This document shows, one piece after another, positions 53,941 through 64,000 of a DNA stretch of 64,000 bases. This stretch comes from Azolla caroliniana (taxonomy: Eukaryota > Plantae > Polypodiophyta): NCBI GenBank assembly GCA_043228905.1, contig JBHGNT010000030.1:273773-337772 (forward strand), read 5' to 3'. The notes beneath the pieces are model-generated. The model was not told the DNA's origin, did no database searches, and worked only from the letters and a program-made list of their open reading frames with translations. Each line of letters begins with the position of its first letter. The stretch's first letter is position 1. The translations under genes were made by a program, and so were the position numbers.

Positions 53941-54476
53941 TTTGTGTGTCGCAGAAGGCTTGCTTGCAGACAGAAATTCCTGCTGTCCATTGCCATCACT
54001 TTCAGGTACCGTTTGCTTGAATAAGTGGATGGAATAGGTTAAGAAATGTTTAGTCTGCACACACGCACACGCACACGCACACACACAGACCGATTTACTC
54101 GAAATCTCATCCTTTCTGCAAATTCTGCGTTCTTTCTGTCATCGTCTACAGACTCATTGGTTTCATGCTTTCCACTTTCATTTTATCACGTTCTTCCTCT
54201 AGATTCTAGGCACAGTCTTGTTAGACTCTCATATACTGCGTCAGAGAACAGTTTGTGTGAATTCTACAGTTTTGAGTGTCTGTCGAGATAATCTTTGTAT
54301 ACATTTCTACTTTCAAAGCTACTTTCATTTCGCGATAGTCTCTTCTTGGTATCATCGAGCTAGTTTCATTACATTTTTCCCTCTGTAAAAGCATCATTGA
54401 ATCACTTTCAGTCTCGTAGCATCACCTAGGTTTGACGCACAGTCTTCTTTACATGTGTTTTCCCCACTGCATGCAG

Positions 54477-57400
54477 ATGGAGAATCTGATCGGACTCGTG
54501 AACCGTATACAAAGGGCATGCACAGCTCTTGGAGACTATGGAGGTGACAATGCACTGCCTACACTCTGGGAATCCCTACCTTCGGTTGTGGTCGTTGGCG
54601 GTCAGGTATTCTCCAGAGTATTTAAATCGTTTTGAAATGTTTCTGTTTTCTTGCATGTTTTGTTCTTCTCCACTCTATGTATGGTAAAACGTGGAAAAAC
54701 AAGTGTTTCCTCAGCAGTAATCTCAAATTACAAATCTTATTGAATCGACTACTTCATTGTATGAAATTTGAATAAGTGCTTTTTCTATCTGTTCATTTTA
54801 GGTACAAAATAAGCACTTGTGGCTAAAGTAAAAAATAAAAAAAGCTTAACATTGCAGATTGCTGTAAAATAAGAACGCGCTGTCTCCTGTGTAGGCGGGA
54901 AATAGAACCAAAATATGCTCATTCTATTCAATAAGTATGCGTTTGAATGATGAAATGTCTGCTAATTGCATGTACAAAGCTAAAATATGGGCGAAAATTT
55001 CTTTATTCTGTTGATATTGTACGTTGGTTTTTTTGTTTAGATATGTGTAGAGCCAACAAAAAGGACACTGTTCTTGGATGCGTATGTAATGAAAATAATG
55101 AAAATTTACTGCTCTTATTCATGTTGTAGAGTTCTGGGAAGTCTTCTGTACTGGAAAGCATTGTTGGAAGAGATTTTCTACCTCGTGGCTCAGGTCAATA
55201 ATAAGTGACCAAACTGTCATGTATTACAATAATGTTATGAATTCTGAACTTCCCATTGATATCGCATTTACGTTTAGGAATTGTCACAAGAAGGCCTCTT
55301 GTTTTGCAACTGCATAAGCAAGATGGGACGGAATATGCTGAGTTCCTACATATTCCGAAGAAAAGATTTACAGATTATGGTATGTGTTTCAAAATTTTCC
55401 TTAGGAGCTGAATTCTCTATGAGCATCATGAAAACTTGTGCTTTTCTTGGCAGCTTCTGTGAGAAAAGAGATTCAAGATGAAACTGATAGAATCACAGGT
55501 CGCAGTAAGCAAATTTCACCGGTTCCAATCCATCTGAGCATTTACTCACCACATGGTAGGTTCAAGGTTGGCATTGTCTATGAATCGCATACTTATTGTT
55601 TTATTTACTCTATGCGGACGAAATGCATTTAGCCTGTATAATTCTCTATTTAAAGTTGTGCTTATATATGCAGTTGTCGACTTGACATTAATTGATTTGC
55701 CTGGTCTGACAAAAGTGGCTGTTGGTATGTATTTAAATTGTTGCATACATCATTGATCAGTAAACTTTGAGCTTCATGATTACAAACTATGTGTTTTATT
55801 TCAGAGGGTCAACCTGAAAGCATTGTTGCTGATATTGAGAATATGGTTCGTTCTTATGTTGAAAAGGTATGCATCCTGCTATTTGAGCCTTTTTTTATGC
55901 AAATAAAAGAAAAGGTTTGTCATGCTTTGAGATGGAAAATCTTGATATTGATATTTGTCATGTGGTTGTATTTCAATCTTATGATTTGCCTTTGCCTCTA
56001 TTTTCTTTATTTTCTTCTTCTTCGGTTAGTTTTGAGAAATAGTAGACACTTGGTTAGACTAGAGCAACAATTTAAGCTCTCTATTCATTTAAGTTTCCAC
56101 TTAAATCACCTCAATATTCTATTACTGATGGTGAATTTTGTAGCCAAATACAATTATTCTTGCTATTTCTCCTGCGAATCAAGATATTGCAACTTCAGAT
56201 GCCATCAAACTAGCCCGGGAGGTTGACCCAAGTGGTGAGAGCTTTTGTATCTTCTCAACTGCCTGTTGCAATATGAAATTATCACCTCTTATGCAGAATA
56301 ACAATCTTAAGTTTTGGTAATAAAAGAAGATATACCCAAATACTACTTCTGTGATTAGAAAATGAGTTCTATTACAGAGCTTGCCTACAGTAATGCTTCT
56401 ATAGTTTTGTCTAGGTGAACGCACATTGTAGAAAAAGAATGTATAACCAATTATTTCTGTGGATGAAAAATATGTTCTATTGCAGAGCTTGCCATGGCAA
56501 TTGACGATGTTTTTCTATATGAAGGTTTAACAATAACATTGTATAGGTGAACGCACATGGGGAGTCTTAACAAAGCTAGATTTGATGGATAAAGGCACTG
56601 ATGCTGTGGATGTAAGATTATGTTTACAAATTGTGTTGTCTGCTGCAAATGTGCATATTTGCAGCTACTCACTATGTATGTGGTATAGTTGGGATTATAG
56701 ACACTCTACTTTTTCAGGTTTTGGAAGGTCGCTCTTATCGTTTGCAACGACCCTGGATTGGGATTGTGAATAGATCACAGGCAGATATTAATCGCAATGT
56801 TGATATGTTAGCTGCAAGGCGTAAGGAGCGTGAATATTTTGCCACTAGCCCAGATTATTCACATCTGTCTAGCAGGATGGGTTCTGAATATTTGGGGAAA
56901 ATGCTTTCAAAGGTATGTTTGTAAATTGACTTTGCGAAACTAGTGTTCTCTGTTTGGAATAGACACCTGTTTGGATGAAACTTATATGATCTTATTTTTA
57001 TGCCAGCATCTTGAATCAGTTATCAAGGCACGCCTGCCAAGCATTTTAACTTTGGTGAACAAAACAATTGATGAGTTAGAAAATGAAATGAATCTACTGG
57101 GGAAGCCTGTTGCCCTTGATGCTGGGGTAAGAAATTCTTTGTATTTAACTAACAGCGTGTTATAATTAAGCTGATTGAGAATTCTTCTTAATGGCATGTT
57201 TTTTGTCTGTAGGCACAACTTTATACTATATTGGAACTTTGTAGAGCTTTTGACCGGGTGTTCAAGGAGCATCTTGATGGCGGGTACATTCACTTCTATC
57301 TTAAAGATAAAAGTTTTCTTTAATAATTGACAGCAAACTATCCTGTTACTGACTGAAAATGCTTTTATATTCTTTTGATTTAGGCGATCAGGAGGTGACC

Positions 57401-59013
57401 GGTTATATGGAATTTTTGACAATCAGCTTCCACAAGCTCTCAAGAAGTTGCCTTTTGATAGGCATTTGTCTTTGCAAAATGTTCGGAAAATTGTCTCTGA
57501 AGCAGATGGTTACCAGCCTCATCTCCTAGCTCCAGAGCAAGGTTATAGAAGACTGATAGAAGGTTCAATTTCATTCTTCCGAGGTCCAGCTGAAGCCACC
57601 GTTGATGCAGTAAGTGAAAGGGATAAATTCAGATTTATTCCTGAGAGTTTCTTTATCTTAAATTGATTGTTCTATGCCCAAACTCAACCCCCTCTCAAGC
57701 ACATTACATATACTATTTGAGGAAGCAAATGCTCGTGTTTGATTATCTAAATTCACATGTTCATCCCCTTTTTCTCTCTATCGGGGGTTGAACCTGGGGT
57801 ATGTGGGAATATAACCAAAACCTTAAGGCATTGAGGGACAGATAGAAAGCTTAGGTGTATTTTAGCTTTTTTCCCATGTGAGTTTACAGTATTAGAAAGA
57901 GGGTCCAGGGAGCTTAAGAGACACTTTTGGCAGGTACATTTTGTTCTAAGAGATCTTGTACGCAAATCTATTGCTGAAACTCAAGTAAGTTGTGCACATT
58001 TCTTATTTTTAATGAGCTAATTTTTCTTAAATAATTGAATTGTGATGGAAATATTTAAGTTGTATTGTCATTTTCTGCATTTTCTTTAAAGGAATTGAAA
58101 CGATTCCCTACCCTTCAAGCTGAGCTAGCAGCAGCATCAACAGAAGCATTAGAGATGTTCCGTGATGAAGGCCGTAAAACTGCTCTAAGGCTTGTTGAGA
58201 TGGAGGGAAGTTATTTAACGGCTGATTTCTTCAGACGGCTTCCACAAGAGTTGGATAAATCTGGGAATGCACATGCCACTGCAACTGATCGCTATACAGA
58301 GGCTCATTTGAGAAGAATCGGTAGGTAGTCAAAAGTATTAATATACTTTTTCTTTGGTTGGTCAATGTAATTTTAGGGGAATTATTAGCAGAACATACGA
58401 GTGTAAATTTTTTCTAATATCCATATTTCACCCTTTGTATGATTATGCACCATTCGAAGCCAATTTTTATGACTAATGTAGTTTGCTTTTGTGGTTCATT
58501 ATGTATAGATATCTTATCAGCATATGTATGTTTAATGTTTTTAAATTTCATAGTTTCTCTGGTTTTTGTAACGTCACTAATAGAACCTGGGATTGCAGGT
58601 TCTAATGTGTCAGCATACATTGGTATGGTATCTGAAACCCTTCGAATTTCATTACCTAAAGCTGTTGTTCACTGCCAAGTTGTTGAAGCGAAGCGCGCAT
58701 TACTGAATCATTTCTATGTTCAAATTGGCAAGAGAGAGGTATATTAATCTTGTTAATATGCCAATTTGTGTATGCTAGTTACATCTATACCATGATGCTA
58801 TTGTTTTTGTATTTATAGAATTTGGATAAATATTAATTTGCTGAATTATATATGCTGTTGTGATGATCTACTTCCACATAATAGGGAAAGCAACTCTCAA
58901 TGCTTCTTGATGAAGATTCTGCATTGATGGAACGGCGATCAGCTTGTTTGAAGAGGCTCGAACTATACAAACACGCTCGGGATGAAATTGATGCTGTTAC
59001 TTGGGCAAGGTAG
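54477..59013 (+). CDS. DRP1: Dynamin-related protein 1 (phragmoplastin-type GTPase), 16 coding exons, 608 aa: 54477-54605, 55130-55193, 55278-55379, 55454-55555, 55674-55724, 55805-55866, 56144-56234, 56547-56611, 56718-56912, 57007-57126, 57213-57283, 57384-57609, 57934-57984, 58092-58320, 58599-58738, 58885-59013
   Basis: [17 protein letters not shown]1 [23 protein letters not shown]3 DLPG, G4 TKLD, C-terminus [12 protein letters not shown]; all introns GT-AG; exon lengths sum to 1827 nt; a 5'-UTR intron (donor about 54007, acceptor 54476) is likely. Confidence 0.95.
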
Positions 59014-60767
59014 AAGAAAAGAATCCAGTGCCTTCCTTTACAGAGTATTATTGTGCATGTCCCATGCTCTGCTGGGAGAGAAATGAGATAAACAGATATA
59101 TGTTACATGGGCAAGGTTGAATCCAGTGTATTATCTCTTTCAATGTACTGTGATTGTGCATTGCCCTTGCTCTTTCTTCTACACCAGTGACTTGCTGGTG
59201 ATGGATTTTTCCACTGTACCCTAGCTATCAAGGAGTATTATAGATTTCTTGCTAATTTTGATTGCTTTTCATAGATTTTTATTTGTTCCGTATTTGTTTC
59301 TTTGTAAATATAAGAATATTTCCTGTGCAATTTAATCATTTGATTTCACTGTATTTTGCATTAAAGGTTTCCCAAAACAATTTACGGAAAACGATTCTTT
59401 ATTTAGTTGAGATGATTATAAGAAGGCTAATGACTCATTTGAGTTATGTGTAGTTTATCACACTCTTGATGTCCAATGATACCGACTTTTGCAAATAACA
59501 AGTAAATATAAATCTCTATCCGTACATGCATTCTGTGTTTGTTGGACCAAATATACTTTCTTGTGATGAGTGTACTTTAGTGTGATTCATCCCTGCTGTT
59601 GTGGCAATGTGTAGCCAATTTGTTTTCATATTGAAAACTAGGAATGGTCTCTGAAATCATTTAAAATGCGTTCACCTCTTCAAATTGTATTTTGATTTCT
59701 CTTGTCCAATCTCTTACCAGCAATAGTGTCTCAATCATTTAAAACGTTTTGACCAGGTCCTGATCAGCATCACCTCCTCAAGTGTTTGAGTATAGTTACA
59801 AATTTGCATTGTTCATGCAATTCATTGGGACTAGCATAATGCTGAATTGTTAATTTAGTGTGTATTCTATGTGCATGACATTGAGATCTCGTTTATGCAC
59901 TCAACCAAGAGTGAGGATAAGGCTTATGTTTATGTTTTATTGTATTGAATAGACAAGTTATGGTTTGAAAAATTGTGCTTGTTCAATGTATACGTCAAAC
60001 TTAGTTTGTTTGCACTAGCAAGCCTTTACTATACATTACTCTCTTCAGCAAATAGGACGATGCATTAAATTACTATTGCCCAATAAACTTCAATATATGA
60101 AGTTCAAGTTCTTGGCATGTAATACTATTTTCATTTTTGGATGGCATTTAAAGCTTTCCAAGTGTCAAATGGTGCATTATTGTACATAATGCATTGTTTA
60201 TACTTATTTTGGTTCTTCACAAATGTAGTCTTTGTTTTAGAGCTATTTGCACTCACATATGTAGTCTTTGTTTTCTTAAGCCTCATTCTCAACAATAATA
60301 ACTTGTTTCACATTCTCCTTCGTCATTCACATGGTCTCTTCACTTTGCTTCTTTATGGTTCCTTGTACAAAAACCAAATAACCCATACGCATTGTTTTCA
60401 TGATTGTTGAAGTTGTTGCATTGATATCGAAAATCTTCAACGATATCAACTCGTTACCAATCATACTCCCAAACTTTGTGGCCTCTTTGCAAGTGTTTGC
60501 CATTTTAAGGCCAAACCCTAGAAAAAGTATAGTATTGAAATCATTATACCTTTAGTTAATTAAAATTTATCTTCCTCCATTATATCGTAGATCTTGTTAT
60601 GGATTTTGATTCAAACCATAGTTTGCCAATCAAACCCATATAATAGAGTTATGGTGAAAATAATGGGATGAGAGAGAGAGAGAGGGTATGTTTAGGAAAT
60701 TAAAACTCTAGTTAAAAGGGAGGAGATGGGTGCCTTCACAATAGAGGCACTCAAGGTTCCTACATGT

Positions 60768-60906
60768 TGCTTTTTCAAGGGTGCCAATGCTAATACTTAT
60801 GGAGCTTTGTGTGTCACACAAGAAATGTGAGAATGTAAATGCTTTTTCAAGGGTGCCAATGCTAATACTTATGGAGCTTGGTGTGTTAACACAAGAAATG
60901 TGAGAA
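60768..60906 (+). repeat. Tandem duplication, period about 72 bp
   Basis: tgctttttcaagggtgccaatgctaatacttatggagctt...cacaagaaatgtgagaat occurs twice. Confidence 0.85.
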
Positions 60907-61471
60907 TATAAATGATACATAGTAGGAAGTGTGGGAAAGTATGCATACCTCCCCATATTGGTAATGAACTTATATATATATGTGTTGCATAAAGTCTATG
61001 AACAATATTGAAACATATTTACACAGAAGATAAAATACAAGATATGATGTTGAATGTTGAGTTGTATAAGCACTTTCTTTTCTTTCATTTGGATGTGAAA
61101 ATCTTGAGCATTTCTAAATAATATCTTCAAGGGGTTTCTCAAACACAATCAACTCCAAGTTAAAGCTTATTGGATGATAAAAACATATCTCAAGCAACAT
61201 TGACTTCATTTTTCACATTCCCGCATTGTGTCCATGTAGTATTGCCATGAACAATAGGTAGACTAAGGTTATACAATTGTGGTGGTCATGTTACAACATT
61301 AAGGTGAGTGCAGGAGGCCATTTGTATGTTGCACGTGATAGTGGAGTTTACATGATATTTTTATGCATGACTATCTAAGTTATCACTCCCTTAAGATGAA
61401 CCTCTTGATAAAATTGATGCAATATGTTTTTCATATTTGACAAAATGTTAGTCCATCTGATGACACATGAG

Positions 61472-61823
61472 ACTAGGGTTTAAAAGCCTAGATGGCCCAT
61501 TTGACTATTGTTTTACTTCATTGAAGATGAGCCATCAAGATAAATGTTGCCTAATAATGTTAATAACAAAGTTAGGTTTGGGAATGGAGCCATCATTTCG
61601 TAAACCAAACTTTGTTGGTAACATCTCTTGTGAATGCCACGTTATTCACTAGGGTTTAAAAGCCTAGATGACCCATTTGACTATTGTTTTACTCATTGAA
61701 GATGAGCCATCAAGATAAAGGTTGCCTAATAATGTTAATAACAAAGTTAGGTTTGGGAATTGAGCCATCATTTCCTAAACCAAACTTTGTTGGTAACATA
61801 TCTTGTGAATGCTACATTATTCA
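61472..61823 (+). repeat. Tandem duplication, period about 176 bp
   Basis: actagggtttaaaagcctagatg...ttgtgaatgc...ttattca starts at 61472 and 61648. Confidence 0.9.
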
Positions 61824-62756
61824 TTTTGAGAGTTGGGTTGTGAAAATGAATTTATGAAGCCATCATCTTAGGATAAGCAATTGGTTTTCGTGCACTTGAA
61901 CAAGAATGTGAAATATATCCTCATTGCAATGAACCTCGCGATTTATCCATTTTTCCACGAACAAGTGATTGATATGATGGTAAGAAACGATTCTAATACA
62001 TCACATTACAAATATTCTTTGTGGTGGGAGAAGTTTCGCCTAAGTTTGAGGTTTCCCACTAATAATATAAATGGATTGCTGGAAAGTTTGTTAGCATGCG
62101 GTTTCACATGGAAGTTTAGGATGTACCCTTCCCTTTGCGCATGGTTTTCAGAAGATTGTCACTTGGCCATTAATTGAGTTAAAAGAAAGATCCGATATTC
62201 TCCATGATTATTGACACCATACAAGTATGTGGCCTGAACAAGTAATAATCCATTGCAATAGGTTCCACAACGATGACATTGTAGTAAGTAGGGATGCTAA
62301 TACACTTATTTTCTGAATGTAAGGCACAATGTGATGAATGGAGGATTCATGATTCATAACATGATCAACCTAAAACATACACAAAGCAAACAAAAATGCA
62401 TGAGTTTTTTTTAAATTTCCTATATGTATAGATAATTTGGTTTTCATTTGAATTTGTTTTTTCAATTATTTATTTAATTAATGTTTTTATTTTACATTTC
62501 TCTTTTGACCTTCCCTTCCCCACTCTTTTCATATAACACTCAATGCAAATATAGTGTGTTTTATGCAAAGATAAAAACAGAGTATATTTAATGCAGCAAA
62601 AACAGAGTATGTTTCATGTATCATAAAAACAGAGTATATTTGGTGTACCAACAAGAAACAGAGGATGTTTTATTATGCAACAGGCATAAAAACAGAGTAG
62701 AATTCTCTACTGTATTTGATTAACAACTAGCAAACAGAAAGACACAACAGATTAGA

Positions 62757-63945
62757 ATGTGTCCTCTTCGATTCCTCTTGGTTTTTGCTTCCCTCATTGT
62801 GGCTGCCTATGTTGCTTTCAAGTCTTTGTGGATTCTTAACACAGAAGTGGAGAAAGAAGGAGAAGAAGTGGCAATATTGGAGGAATCAACTGAAGATCCT
62901 CCCACGGATTTAAACAGAGAAGTTGAAGGGGATCTGAGATTGGTAAGTGTCTTCTTTGCATCTCTGATTGCTTTGAGATTTAATGAAGGGAGTTCTGCAC
63001 AACAAATATTCACATACACATCCACTCACAGCTTGACTATTCACATATGGATGCATGTTGGTAAGTGTGTGCTCATTATGTATGTGTGTATTCAATATGT
63101 ATGTATACATGTATGGGTGTATGTATATATATATGTATACATGCACATCTATGCAGGTATATGTACATGTATATCACATATATTGGTCTCTCTCCATATG
63201 TATTACCTACAGATATGTGTATGTATGGCATGCATATTCCCTCTCTGTTTCAGCTTCTTTTTATCCTCAGATTTCACATGATCTTATGCATGTGGGCACT
63301 TTTTGTCGGTGGTCCTCCAAATGTATGGAGAGAAACTCAGAAAACTGCTCTTTGTTGTTTGTTAATTTTCTCCAAATGCCTTCAATCATCCCTCAAGATA
63401 GCAATCACATGAGATAATTGAGAAACTATATATATATATAATGTACAATGCTGTCTCCTTTGTCTCTCCTTCTGAGGGTTGAGTGAAGGGATATGTATCA
63501 CGGAGAATTTTTTTCACCGTGTTGCGGGCGATTCAGATTCTCTGATCATTTTTTAAGCTTGTCTTTCCTCAGATTTTGCATGATCAGATGCAAAATCTAC
63601 ACCTTTGACACACTTCATGGGAGAGACATTATGCGTAGACCATGGGTTTCAAATTTCATCACATATCTGTTTGTCATTGAACAAGCAAAGAAGGACTTGA
63701 TGTGTAGAACATGGGTTTTTCAAATTTCATTGGATGTTTGTTTGTCATTGGACAAACAGATATGCAATGGAATTTGAAATCAGAATGGAATTCAATTCAA
63801 TTCATTGAACATCACTGTTCTATTTCCGCAGGGTTATAGGAAGTTTGCATCTGGTATTTGGCATTTGATCGACATGGCAAGTGGTCGATACCTATGGCAA
63901 ACCTTCACATGCCATAAGGACCGCTTGAAGCAAAAAGTTGTATAG
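62757..63945 (+). CDS. Small conserved plant membrane protein of unknown function (MCPLR...DMASGRYLW family); exons 62757-62942 and 63832-63945; 99 aa
   Basis: N-terminal hydrophobic helix MCPLRFLLVFASLIVAAYVAFK, acidic linker, C-terminal IWHLIDMASGRYLWQ; GT-AG phase-0 intron; total 300 nt. Confidence 0.85.
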
Positions 63946-64000
63946 GTCTCAATGTTAGAAAGTGACAAGGAATGAAGGTAGATGAGAAACATCGCAACTT

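Noticed and set aside
52810-54084. Phe-rich and poly-Glu/Leu ORFs
   Set aside because: Translations of low-complexity and microsatellite DNA.
62943-63417. Extensions of the 62757 ORF and Tyr/Met/Cys-rich ORFs
   Set aside because: Intron read-through over (TA/TG)n-like low-complexity sequence.

Overview
Eukaryotic land-plant genomic DNA; a non-seed plant such as a fern is plausible but not proven. Bases 1-46450 are almost entirely nested retrotransposons that can be resolved from LTR ends, primer-binding sites (PBS), polypurine tracts (PPT) and target-site duplications (TSD). Left nest: a chromovirus gag-protease remnant carries three successively nested members (C<B<A) of an unusual Ty3/gypsy-type family. 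This family has an 18-nt tRNA-Trp PBS, TGTCG...CACGACA termini, a gag-protease ORF joined to pol by a likely -1 frameshift (G GAU UUU UAG plus hairpin), and an apparent preference for 4-bp (C/A)CGT targets. Next comes a LINE remnant interrupted by Copia W, which holds a solo LTR of the tRNA-Trp family and a 1.8-kb deleted chromovirus that appears to self-prime like Tf1. Right nest (five levels): Copia Z < Copia X1 < Copia X2 < chromovirus < Copia Y, with a (TTTAGGG)3 filler scar, a 159-bp in-frame triplication and a capsid-swapped Copia. Bases 46450-64000 are AT-rich gene space with three + strand genes: a UCP3/PUMP3-like mitochondrial carrier (2 exons), a DRP1 dynamin-related GTPase (16 exons, 608 aa) and a small conserved MCPLR...DMASGRYLW membrane protein (2 exons, 99 aa).
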